A DNA stretch of 64,000 bases, taken from assembly GCA_002633005.1 (NCBI GenBank), contig NMRA01000148.1, forward strand, positions 558,001 to 622,000, read 5' to 3'. Under the pieces are notes generated by a model, which was not told the origin of the DNA, ran no database searches, and saw only the letters and a program-made list of their open reading frames with translations. Source of the DNA: Phoronis australis. Taxonomy: Eukaryota; Animalia; Phoronida. The first letter of the stretch is position 1. Each line of letters starts with the position of its first letter. Both the position numbers and the translations under genes were made by a program. This document shows, one piece after another, positions 1 to 12,900 of this stretch.

Positions 1-165
1 CTGTGTGATTTGTGTTTTGTGCAACTTAAGCTTGACATGTGCATACACTTTCAGTGAGGTGTTCAAAATAAATTAAATTAAATACTGGCCTCTGCTATGT
101 CCATTCATGCATTTGGAGCTCTACCCTGTTGACGTGATTTGATGTGATTTGCTACTTGTTTTCAG

Positions 166-3100
166 ATCTGCGACTTCGGCCTGGCACGTGTTGATGAGCC
201 GGACGAGTCCGTCCACATGACACAAGAGGTCGTGACACAATACTATCGCGCCCCCGAGCTGCTGATGGGTACCAACCACTACACGGCCGCCATCGACATC
301 TGGTCAGTGGGCTGCATCTTCGCCGAACTGCTCAGTCGTCGTATCATCTTCCAGGCACAAACGCCGATACAACAGGTAATGACGACGGTGATGAACATGT
401 TGATTATGACATGTATGACGTCGACGATGACAATGTTGTCAATGGTTATTGTAACGATGAAGAGGTTAATGAAGATGATGATGACAGTGGTGATGTTGTT
501 AATGAGATTGGTGGTTATATATATATATACATATACATATACATATACATACATGTCCAGGTGGTGGCGATGATGATGATGACTGCTGTGATAAGTAGGA
601 TGATGGTGGGAATAGTGATGGGGTTGAAATAACAGTGACAAGACTTTGGCTTGGATGTACATATACATCCGTAGCATACATCATCATTTGAGCATTAAAT
701 AATATAATTGCGTATTCAATTTCTTTACTGAATTGTTGGTCATTAAAACGTTTATCACCGATCCAATCTCTCTCTGTCGGTAGCTATTTCAGTTTTGGCT
801 ATCGGGCTGAATATTATTTTCAATGACAAACTATGTGGTTTATGTCTGCAATTGAAAAATTTTGCTCGGTAAGTCTTGAGTTGTTTGTTATGCCTGTGAA
901 TTACCGTAACCGAGAAATGACGGTCATCGATCTGATCCCACTTGTCTCTCTTTACCTCTAGCTGGACCTCATCACTGATCTGCTGGGCACACCCACCCTC
1001 GATGACATGCGCACAGTGTGTGCTGGTGCTCGTAATCACATGCTGCGCCAACCAGTCAAGGCGTCGGCCATGTCCAGTTTATACCAGATCTCCAGCCAGG
1101 CCACTCACGAGGCCGTCCACCTCCTCTGTCGCATGCTCGTTTTTGACCCGGTAAGTATTAAAGGTGGGCTCACATGCCGTTACCAATAAACTCATTTAGT
1201 GTTACGTAGGACTTTATTGACAAGTCTGTTTTTAGCCAAGTAACACAACTATAGTAAAACAAGACAAAAGTATATATTTTGTGGAAACAGAAAGCCTATA
1301 GGATTTCATTGTTAACTTTTCACCCATCTGTTTAATATTTATTGGGTCATGTGACCATGTTTTTAGTAAAATTTGGATAGGAAGAAAGGTACAACGATAG
1401 CATAACAATGGTATCAATAACATGACTGAATTTCATAAATTAAATGATCATGATGAAATCTCAAAAAGACTGTTATGGTTGTCTAAATAATCATTTTGTT
1501 TTCATTTTATGCAACTTCCGAGTTTTTTAGCAAATCATAAAAGCCCTCTTTTTTGAATACCCCCATGCAAGAATAGAACATATTGTAGACAATCAGCATT
1601 TTGGAGAACAGTGTAATCATAGTATGTAAAAAGTCATTGTGAATCCGATCTGCCATTTCTGAGATATTGTGTTCTGAAATTTGGACATTTTTTATTGGTT
1701 TTACATAACTTTAAAGGTAATGTCCCTTCATTTTCACCAGTTTATAACAGAGGATGAGTAATAATTCTAAAGGCATCACCAGTATTGGAACGTATTGTAG
1801 ATTTCATGACGTTAGTTGTTTTTACTGTTATTATTACAGTCTAAAAGTCCTGTAAATCGCCATGCATTGAAGGGAAGTCTTTGAAGGCTTTATCGGTTCA
1901 TCTGACATTTTATTATTAAATCCTACGAGCTGAGAACTATTCTATTTGTAATGGGATCTTGTAATTTGTTCAGACAGCTCTATTTTGGCAAATATCGTAA
2001 TGGATGTTTTCCATTCCAATACCGTTTGCAGAGCAAGCGTATCAGTGCCACCGACGCCCTGGCTCACCCGTACTTAGACGAGGGTCGACTCCGATATCAT
2101 TCCTGCATGTGTCGCTGCTGCCACAACACGGCGGCCGGCCGACAGTTCACGCACGACTTTGAGCCAGTCTGTCCGCAGCCGTTCAGCTACAGCTTCGAAG
2201 ACGAACTGACCGGCGTGCGCGGTGCTAAGGGACGCAAAGGTGAGGGAAAGAGATTTACAGGTGTTGACTAGTAAAATTGATAGGATGATGCTTTTCTTAC
2301 TTTATTGTTGAGCTGTGTCATGCAGGGAAAGGGGGCAGCACTGGGATAAAAATGTGAATGCGTTTTGGAAGCACGTATTATGTATTTGGGTACAATTAAG
2401 CCTTGCCTCTTTTGAACAAAAATAGTCCCCACAGTTGTCCATTTTTATTTTTGAGGGTTTCTGAAAGTCCACGATTTTTTTAAATTTGTGGTAGTAGTTC
2501 TGATGCGGAAAACTGGAAACCATTAAGTTGATGCTGCTTGTGCTATATGAGAAATTTAGGATATAAAATTTCACTTCTGCTAAGTTGACGAAATTTCAAT
2601 CAATCATCAAGGGAAAAATGAGATGCTGCGAGCACTGTTGTCTGCTATGCTGGTCGCAAATCAATGATGCTCTTTACTTAGTATTTTTTTTTGATTTAGA
2701 CATGGGATTGCTCATGTTCCGAAGCCAACACTATTTATTTTCGTGGTGTCTACAAACTGGTCAATTCAAGATGATTATCTGTTCAGTTGTGTTCTCTGTT
2801 CTTTCAGAAAAAATGCACAAGTTCATCCTTGAGCAGCAACGACGTGATCGTGTACCACTATGTATTAACCCTAACTCGGTGGCCTTCAAGTCATTTGTAA
2901 GGTGAGCTGGGTCGCGGTGAGTGGCTTTAAACCCGTCTTGTCTCGACCATAATGCTTCATGTTACCATCAATTACACATATATTCTAATGTAGTTAGTCA
3001 TCTCAGTATTAGTCACCTGTCCTTGTTCCTTAGTCAATTGTTGGGTTTAGGATGTGGTACATAGTTTTGACTGAATACCATATAAAGGCAATGATTTGCT

Positions 3101-3217
3101 TGTACTGTAAAAATTGTAATGCAAACGTCTGCAGTGAGGTCTTACTGATTTCCCATTTCCTTTTTTAGCGTGGCTCACCCATCGGAATTACCTCCGTCGC
3201 CCCATGCCTGGGAGTAG
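166..3217 (+). CDS. NLK: Nemo-like kinase, 3' part (5 coding exons; the 5' end lies upstream of the window)
   Basis: Exons 166-375, 962-1150, 2032-2239, 2808-2901 and 3169-3217 have GT-AG ends and compatible phases. They translate to [35 protein letters not shown]...[19 protein letters not shown]...[32 protein letters not shown]. The TQE activation loop and this C-terminus are characteristic of NLK. Confidence 0.96.
376..625. repeat. Low-complexity (GAT/ATG)n tract with a (TA)n/(TACATA)n microsatellite in an NLK intron
   Basis: gatgatgatgac... runs and tatatatatatacatatacatatacatataca at about 517-553. These explain the spurious Met-, Asp- and His-rich ORFs. Confidence 0.85.
1341..1700 (+). 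repeat. Dispersed repeat (non-autonomous DNA element family)
   Basis: attgggtcatgtgaccatg...aaaggtaca...atcaataa recurs at about 26904-27080 (+) and about 39480-39845 (-). Boundaries are approximate. Confidence 0.6.
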
Positions 3218-4441
3218 ATAGGGCGTAGCATCATGCGTCTGGCGTGTGTGTACGAAGGGAACGAGACCGGGGGCCATCTTGGGACTATCATTCCTCTCCA
3301 TGGTGCTCTTTATGCAATAATCGTTAAAGCCGTCTGCTCTGCTCGCTTGCCTCTAACTTGGCGACTATGGTGACGGCATTAGTTGGCGTGGATGTGTGTT
3401 TACGCGCGACCGAGTATATTCATTATTTATGCGTTAACGCGTTAATCTTAATTTATTGCCAGACTCTTTATACATCGGCGGGGAAAGCAATCTTTTTTAT
3501 GCGAGAGTTGTGAACCATTTGGGTTTTATTTCTTAATTATTGGACGCCAATTGTGGCAGCGATCTTCCAGTTTGTCTTTGCCAAGCCTTGGATATTACGA
3601 ACTTAAACCAAAGGTAGTATTAATAAGTGTGCTCTCTAGTATCTCGGCATTTTGTTATGACCAGAGATGAGGATACATTGCTTACACCAGGACTATTGTC
3701 GCCATAATGGCGTAGTGTCAAAGGTTCTGCGATGAGCGGGTTGGTCGGGACCAGTAGTTTTCATGTGCAAGTCCAAATGGTGTTATGTGCAAATCAAAGT
3801 GTTATGTCACGTTTTGTGTTGTGACGGATTGTTGGTGAAGAGAAGGTCAAAGGAAATGACATGTGCGACAAGTTCGCCGAGCTGAAAGTCAAAAGTTGTG
3901 ACCTTTTGACGAGGTCTCAAGCTCCACGTTACATCTCAATGCAACTCGTAGTGGTTTTGGTGTAATACTACTTAGCGAATGCTAGTTGTAATTTGTGTGT
4001 ACATAATTATAACTTATGATGTTTTATTATTGTGATCTCTGTGTGCAAATTTGATACTTCATTGTAATCTTAGTAGGGTTATTGATCCTAAGATTTTAGA
4101 TATTTTAATGTGTGCTCTTTTGTTGTCCAATAATCAAAAGGGCTAGTGTCCAGTGGTACGAAGTTTGCACGGGAGGTTTTGTGTTGCTGAAATTGCAGTT
4201 GCTCTCAATGTTTTATTGGGTCAACAGTATAGTGGGAGTTGAACAACATGGGTAAAATGTGTGGAGAATTCGTTAAATCATTGGCTAGCAGAACTACCAA
4301 ATTCGTGTCAGTCAAGTGGTGTTCACATGTAACATAACATTTAGTTTACTGGTGGATTTAGAGTGTTAGCTTTATATGGTATTCACGTCTCATTCATTTG
4401 CCTCTCAGATTCAAGCCTGGCTTTGCTTAGTTAGTTGTGGA

Positions 4442-4620
4442 GCCCGTATAGCTCAGTGGTTAGTATGATGGATTCTCAACCAAAAGGTCATGGGTTCAAT
4501 CATAGGTTGCTGCAGTTTGTGGTAGAGTGTTTATGCATAGCCCTTAACCTGTGTTGCTTGAGTCGACAAGGCTGTAGACGAAGACTGACAATTACAGGGA
4601 AATAACCTGCCATGTCCTTT
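4442..4620 (+). mobile_element. tRNA-derived SINE fragment
   Basis: gcccgtaTAGCTCAGTGGttag...gGGTTCAATCa gives A and B boxes at tRNA spacing. The acceptor stem is broken and a SINE-like body follows. Confidence 0.7.
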
Positions 4621-5269
4621 GAGAGCTAAAAATCTCGTCTACATATGCTTCAAAAACTGGAATTAACAACAGGTTCAGTGAGTTGGATGCCTTGGGACGG
4701 ATGTACTTATCTTGCTAGGGCTATAGTCTGAGAGGATACACACCAATTAACTAGTGTAACTTTGTGTTTCTTTTTGCCACTGCTTGCCTCAGGTATCAGT
4801 GTATGTTTTCACCCTTTTGCCTATCAATTGTTGCCTTCAGGGAGCCAGTCATGGATGTTGGGGGACACTAGTTTCTTTTGCAAAGCACGTCGTAGTATTA
4901 CTGTTTTATGCACCAGCAAAGTAGCTAGTAACTTTAAGTGGATTCTAGGTTAGATACTTAAACTACTAACTTTATAGTAATGTGTTTGTGGTGTGCATGA
5001 TGTGTGAGTCAACAGCTTAATATTACTTTTTGATGTATTTTTGTGTAGACAATTTTTATACTGCAACATGTTTTTTACGAACATTTGAAGTCCCATTTGA
5101 CCAAAGTATGCGTCTGTATTCCACATATTGTATGTGTGGGGACCTAGGGTTTCTGCGTCTAGGCGCTTAGTAGGTTGCTTGTTTCGGTTTGCTTTTGGTG
5201 TTTTAGAACATATCAGACATAAGAAGCTCAGAAGCAGAATTTGTAACATTCTAACCTCCATGAGTCCCA

Positions 5270-5540
5270 TTTAAGTTCACTGACAACTGGCAATTTCACT
5301 GCAGTTAAAATTCTTCAGTTTGGGACAAAAATAATTGCTAAAATTGGCATTTTTCGGAGGCATACCTCATTACTGCAAATGCTCAAATTTTTACCAAACG
5401 TTTAGTAACAGCTATGCTGGATAGAGCAGGCTAAAAGTGAAGTATAATTTCCTGAAGTTGTATTTGTTGTGAAATTCGATGAAATAAAATTTCACTTGTC
5501 CGTCATGTTTCCCAAACTGTTGGTATTTTTACTGTGACTG
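5270..5540 (+). repeat. Dispersed repeat with a second, inverted copy at about 12560-12860
   Basis: aaaattcttcagttt...caaaaataattgctaaaat is shared with the reverse complement of about 12760-12800. Boundaries are approximate. Confidence 0.55.
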
Positions 5541-6951
5541 TTTAAAGTCTCAGATGGATCCTAGCTCATTTATTGACCAACAGAACAGGACTAGCCTTTG
5601 TCTTTTTTATGCGTAAATCCATTTGTGTCCTCTGTTATTGTTTAAGATCTGATTACCATATTATCCACTAAAGCACACATGTACATTTGTGAACATATTG
5701 ATCATATTTTGGGCCCTGGAATTTGCATGGATCCAAGATCTTAACCAGGGGGACGAAAATAAGATGGAGCCTGAGAATTCTTCTTTACAGGANTGCCCAG
5801 TGCTGATTTTGGATAATATGGTATTTTAAATCTCTGCCAGCCATGTCAAGGTGCATTTGATCATGACAAAATTCTGTTGTGTAAAAGTTGTAATGATAGC
5901 TGCTCAGTGTTATAAGTTATGGAGTCGTTACTACTAGGGTCGTCGTTGTCTCTCTGGAGAGTCCAGGTTTTGGCTGCTCAAAATGTGTCAATACATGCAG
6001 GTAAAGCAAAGCGAATACATGGAGACACCTAGGTTACTTCTCAATCAGTATCAGAATGTAAACTGTGTACATTGCTCACTACTTTTTCACACGGTTAAAT
6101 CAGTTGAAGGAAACGAATATATAATAGTGCGACTACAAAAAGGTTTTATAGATCCATTGAGTATTTTAAGAGTATGATACAGGGAACATCATTTACAGTA
6201 TTGTACGAGACTTTTTTACATTACAGGGCAAAGTGATATCTAAAACCATAGATGAGGCACTGTTTCTGCTAATGTTGGGAGTTCTGTAATTAGTGTATGT
6301 ACATAACTTGATCTCTGAAGGGCCAGAAGTTGGCATGTGGCTACTAAAAATATAGTGAGTAACATGCCACCACACTGTCCCGACCATTGTTTATAATTCA
6401 ATTGGAAAGTTGGATTTATAACTTAGCATTTTTGTGTTGGTGTTGGACTGAGCACTTCAGGTGACAACTATGATGGTCTAATCTCGAGGGTTTAACAGAC
6501 ATATCAAGATTGTATGTAAATGAAGTGCCTTGGGTGCTCTCAAATATGGACTGAAGAAATTCAAAAATAGCAACCCTTCCATACCATTTTCGAATATGCG
6601 CAAGAGTATTTTAATAATTTTTGTCAATTGTCTTGCTCATTCAGAATGTCTGTGAAGCATTTGAGATTGCGCTGGTCACGAGTAGACGTCACCTAGTAGG
6701 TGTATAGTACGTTGTTGTCTGCTAGACATTGATCTGGGTAATCTGTAGATGTCCACCTCTTTAATTATTCTTGGAAAAGAGTGAAAAAATAAAAAGAATG
6801 CAAATGATGAACTGGGTTTATTTATTTCGTTATTGGGTGTAACAATTGTATTTACAAATCAATTAAAATTTATTTACCCTGAAAAATTGTAAGGCACGAT
6901 TCATCACCAAGTCTTAGACAACAAATATTTTTGGACAATGATTGCTTTTCG

Positions 6952-9900
6952 TTAGTAGTTAGGGTCATCTATTGGGGTCATGACCTCTTCAAACAAATCC
7001 TTTTCAAATTTTGACAACTGTTTTATGAACCCTCTATTTGGTCGGACCGACCAAAAACAAGTTTTCACATGACCATATGCTTTCTGAAATAAAAGAAAAC
7101 AATAATTATGCTTCAACGCAACTTTAAATCGTGAAAAACATTTCCTGCCATCATTGGGAATGGGGCTTAAGATCCACATTCCAGATTTTGACTGGTAAAA
7201 CTGACTTGCCATTTTATTGGTGCTCTACCAGAAATCCAACAATTATTTTGAAAATTTCTTAGTCTACCATTTTCACCTTGCCAAAAGTATGTAAGTGGAA
7301 ATATATGTCAAGTCGCTTGGTGGTTGGGTGTTGATGTAAAGTAAAGGAACATCGTTCATGCTCAAATTGGAACTGCAGATGCCCAGTATCCCATTTACAA
7401 AAAAGCTACTTTGAAAAACATCCTGAGGATTTGACGGGTTTTCGTAAACTGCTAATAGTGACCAATAAGTCGAGAGACTCCCGCCTAAATCTAAAGGGTT
7501 GCTAAGCGTGCTATACTCTGTATACAAACCTGCAATGTCCACTTGTTAGCATGCATGAGATAAGCTATCACAACTGTTGCACAGCGACTGATACCAAGAC
7601 TGGAGAAAACCAGTACACATTGATCGTTACCCATGTGAGTATCTGAAAAAACCAAATAGTAACGCCATAGTTACAGCACAAGGATATGGAAATTCTTCAT
7701 TTACTTCGCACAACAAAATGCCCAGTTTGTCACTTATCTTTTTTAAAACCAAGGCAAACAATAAAAACTATCAAATGTTGTTTTATGGCATCTACACGCT
7801 ATAAAACAAGTTAGTAACAGACAAAAATTTTCTTATTGCAATGAGAAATTTTGACAAAATCAACTTTCACTTATCATCCCCATAGTATGCTAAACACAGT
7901 TCAAGCAAAATGACCCAGAATTTCCCGTCATGACCACTGTGCAAAAATCAAATTCACTGCCAGAGAAGTCTTCCCTCATGGCTGAGACTGAAGGGGAATC
8001 GACAGGAAAGTTAGTAAGGTAGCTGAATAAAGCCATTCTGTTCTATGTTCCCCTAATTGCCATTACCTGTAATTTTTGCTATTAATAGAATTAGTTGACA
8101 TGCCAGGGAATTGTTGAGAAACTACTTTTGTGTTGTACTACAGTTGAAGAATTGGAGAGGTTCAAGTAGCAACTTGGCAACTGGTCATGTGGGACCTGAT
8201 AGCAGTGGCCTCTACGGGATGAGGAGACACTTTATAACTTTGGTTTAAAACACATTCCATGTAATCACATACACTGTAAAAGGCTCTTTTCACAAAGTCA
8301 AACTTTTCCCCTATACCACCTGCTGCGAAGACAAAGTAACATCTGCTTTAGCTAGGGGGCGATATGAGTCACCGTTCCCATGTGACCAACCCCCATTGCT
8401 TCCGGAAAGTCTCCCATTACATTTGTAAAAAATTCATGAAATGTTTCACATTTTACATGAGATTTACCAAATCTAATCTATCGATCTACTGTACAGAAAG
8501 GTCAAACAGACATAACAAGATGATGTTCATCATGTAATGTACTGCAACCAGTTCAGTTATTTCATTCAAACATGACTAAATGTTGAAAGAAACATACCAA
8601 AAATTGTGTAAAGACAACAGGATTAGAAACAATTAGCAAAAACTCTCAGATTACAATAAATTTACCAACAGCAACATTTTGGTTAAGTGGTTACATTCAT
8701 CTCTAATGTCAATTCACAGAAGAAACTCAATTGACCAACAACTGAACACAGTGTATTTTGGCAAACACCTTTTCATTTCAAAAAAATTTGAAGACATATC
8801 GTTGATGCGTATTAATTATTCAAGCACCCGGCCTTCCAAGTTCTATAAGCATTTCCTTTCTTTACGCAGTTCACACTGATAACATTCACAATGCAAAATG
8901 GCAATGAGGCAATCTAAGGGACTTAAGAAACTGTACAATGGACACGCTATCGTCAAAGACTGGAATATACTATTATCCGCCCATGTTGTACAGACAATTA
9001 ATAAATGTGACAGTTATCCCTGGACAGTTTGTGGAACTTTTTTGGTGATTTACTCAGATGCAATGATCAGAGTTTCAGATGTATGCACAAAATTCAACAG
9101 TCCTGACTAGGTTTCTGGCTACTTGGGACGGACTATTATAACAAAATTGTGTGGACCTCACAAAATCCGCGTCTTCAACAAACTGAAAACAATGTAAATT
9201 ACTGGCAAGTCATTGTTACCTATGAGACCACATGTTGATTGGAAGTGTGAGTAGATATCCTCATCTCCTTTGTCTTCGACAGGTACTTGTAATGTATTGG
9301 GCCTATCCCTACAACAGACATTGACCTTATCCATTAGGTGAAATAGTTAAATGCTGGTCAAAGAGACATGAGTCATCCTGAGACAGGTTATGTAAAGTTA
9401 TCTTCTAATGAGTCCACTTGAGCCATATCAACATTAGACTGGTGACAGATTCATGTTTTTGTGAGCAGGCTGGAGGAATCAGATTTTAAGTCAAGCTCAA
9501 CTTGTAACTTCATTATTTCTGGACCAATTTTGATGCTTCAAAAACGAATTCTGGGTGTTTTTGCAATAAATGTAGATACACCCACCAACAGAAACACAAA
9601 AAAGTAAAAACTATGTTTTTGCATAGTCAGGCAAGAAAGGAATTCAACACTGGACGTGAAGCTAAATCTCCCACAAAAAATGGGTGAAGTTGAAATGTGC
9701 GCAACGTCAAAGTAACTCTTGAAGCTACATGCATTGGGTTGGTTTTCAATTTTGCCATACTAACAATGACTGAAATGTGCAACTACACTGGCAGATTTAG
9801 GATGCCATGAAAGCGGTATCTGAAAAAGATGTGCTGTTACCATATCCTTGGTTGGGTATGGGCCACACCTTGTTCCCCGAAATCTGACTATACAAGTGCA

Positions 9901-12900
9901 GGAATTCTCTGCTTGTTGACATGTACAAAACCAATTGGTTTGAGTGAATTATATGCACATACAATCCTAAACAAAATCTAGATCTTCGAAATACATTATT
10001 CTTTGTTGACAACAAAACTAATACAAAAAGTGCACTAAAAGCACTGGAATGACAAACCTTGGAACCAGGGTCCAATCTCTGAATTCAAATTCAACCGAGA
10101 CTCAGACTCAAAATTCAATCATATTGCATGATTTGAGTACAAATTTTTAAAGTTTACTAAAAACCTGTTGTGCATTTGGCCAATTTTCTTAAAGCATAGA
10201 GATTAGAGCCTGCAGATTAATCCCTGACCACACTGGGTTTTATTTCATCAATTAGAATGCAACAAACTCAACATTGCAAACACCTTGTCAGATTTCAACC
10301 CCACCATTTGAATGAAGGACAAAAACTAACATAATTGGTTTTGGTCTGCACACAACTCATTTTGAAACTAGTGCCTCATTGTTTAAACAATACAAAAGGA
10401 TCCCAACCCATTTCAGCTGGTGACATGTGGTACTGTGGCATGTGATACTGAGGCATGTGATACTGAGGCATGTGATACTGTGGCATGTGATACTGAGGCA
10501 TCAGATACAGTGGCATGTGATACTGAGGCATGTGATACTGAGGCATGAGATACTGTGGCATGTGATACTGAGGCAGTGACACAGAGGCATGTGATACTGA
10601 GGCAGTGATACTGTGGCATTTGATACCGAGGCATTTGATATCGAGGCATGTGATACCGAGGCATGTGATACCCAGGCATGTGCTGCTGTGGCATGTGATA
10701 CTGAGGCAATGATACTGTGGCATGTGATACTGATGCAAATGATACTGTAGCATGTGATGCTGAGGCATGATATACTGTGGCATGTGATACTGAGGTAGTG
10801 ATACTGAGGCATGTGATACTGTGGCATGTGATACTGTGGCATACGATACTGTGGTATGTGATACAGAGGAATGTGATACTGTGGCCTGTGATATTGAGGC
10901 AGGTGATACTGAGGCAGTGATACTGTGGCATGTGACACTGTGCCATGTGATACTGTGGCATGTGAGATTGTGGCATGTGATACTGAGGAATGTGATACTG
11001 TGGCATATGATACTATGGCATGTGATACTGAGGCAGTGATAATGAGGCATGTGATACTGTGACATGTGATACTGAGGCATGTGATACTGTGGCATGTGAT
11101 ACTGTGGCATTTGATACTGTGGCATGTGATACTGGGGAAACATAAGGATATCGAACTATGTTAGGTCCTGTCAAGTGACTTCTTCTTTTTGAAAATATGG
11201 AAAAGTAGAAAAAAATACTGCAACACCCATCAATTTTGATTCAAAAAATGCACAACTGAACCAATCACCCCCATTTTCTTTGGCCAGCCAAAGTATACAC
11301 TTATCTATGAAGCAACGTACAATTCATCTTTTTCTGTAGTGCAGTTAATGCGGGCCTTTATCTTCAAATCCTTTTCTATGTAGGCCGCAGTGCCCTGTCT
11401 CCAGTTACCCAGATACAACTTGCCTGGAATTATTTCTGTTGGGTAGGTTTTTAATTCATCCAGTTCCTTTAAATGAGAAAACACATCTGATGGTAAAAAT
11501 AGTAGTGGCACTGTAATGATTATGGCAATGGTTAATAATAGTATTATACTGACAATATGATACAGTATGGAGAAAATAAAAATAATAGCAGCAATGAAAA
11601 AAACAGAAAAAGCATTAAAGTGAAACTTGCACATTAACTCCTTATCTCTGCGGTTGCTGGGCCAAATTAGTTAGAAACAGAACACATGGCGATGATGTGA
11701 ATATGGGGTAGGTTGAAAATTGCCAAATGTTTTTATGAATGAGTTTGTGGCAAAAATGATCTGCTGCAAATCACTAAACCGTGTTCAGTAAGTATTATGA
11801 TGTGGTGCCCAGGAATAACACTGCATGATGCCGGCTACGAGAGCCCGCGAAGTACATCATTAGTAATGAAGATTTTTTTTGTTTTCCTCATTTACAAGTT
11901 GTCAGTGAATACACAACTGCACTTTGTTTAGTATAGATTGTGTTGAAATAGGATTGCCATTCAGTTCCTGCTATCATTAGCACAGTAATCTTTAAGTACC
12001 AAAATCGACCTTTTTTCGTTTTTCAAAGACTTCTAGTTTCATAATATTGCCTGGAAGTACCTATGGTACAGAGCTGGAAAAGCATATATTAAGCCTTACA
12101 TATCTTTTACAGAGAATGATAAAACAAAATTTCACTTGTCTGCCATACTGCACCATAAATTGGTGAGATTTCATTGTAGTACAAATGTGCGGACCGAAGT
12201 AAGATATTTCATGGCAAGTATCAAATTAAAAGCAACTTTTACCCTAGGCATAAACATGATCTTCTGTGTTCGTAGAAACGGATAAAGTGCGGAGAAGTCT
12301 TCGTAACCACCCTTTAAGATCCTCACTGGATTCCTACTTCCTAACTCAGACATTACCCTGGCACAGTGGAAAGCAGGCCCTGGAATTAAGTCATCATCAA
12401 CAGTCATTTTAAATATAGTAAACAATAAACAAATAATTATAGCAGACATAATACAGCACATGGGACTCATTATTAAATCCTACTGAATGTGTCACAATGA
12501 AGATTCTGTTGTCGATATGTTGAAAACTATAGAATTACCCAATTAGGGACAGTGGAAAATATGGCAAAAATTCCTCAAATTAATAAAAACACATTATGGT
12601 GGACAGATGAAATTTCAAATTAGTTGAATTCCTCAACAAAAATCTGTTTTCAGGAAAATTCACTTTGCTTTTAGCATGGCTTGTATGGTGTAGCTATAAC
12701 AAACAACATTTGCTACAGTCTTGAGTGTGAAAGCCTCAGTCTGAAAAACAGTAACATGGAGATTTTAGCAATTATTTTTGTTGTAAACTGAAGAATTTTT
12801 ACTATGATGATTTTATACAAGGTCAGAATCAGTAACAAATTTTAGAAATATGCAATATAGCATTCCCGAATTCAAGAATTACAAGAAAAACTACAAATTT

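Noticed and set aside
217-687. Met-, His- and Asp-rich ORFs overlapping NLK
   Set aside because: They are read-through of the NLK exon into a GAT/TA microsatellite intron. The real exon ends at 375.
4442-4515. tRNA gene
   Set aside because: The T-stem and acceptor stem are not complementary, and a SINE-like body follows.
10376-11143. 255-aa ORF of PQYHM repeats that resembles a low-complexity biomineral or structural protein
   Set aside because: It is the translation of a 15-bp intronic minisatellite. Shorter variant units shift it among PQYHM, SITCH and HATVS frames, several frames are open, and there is no signal peptide.
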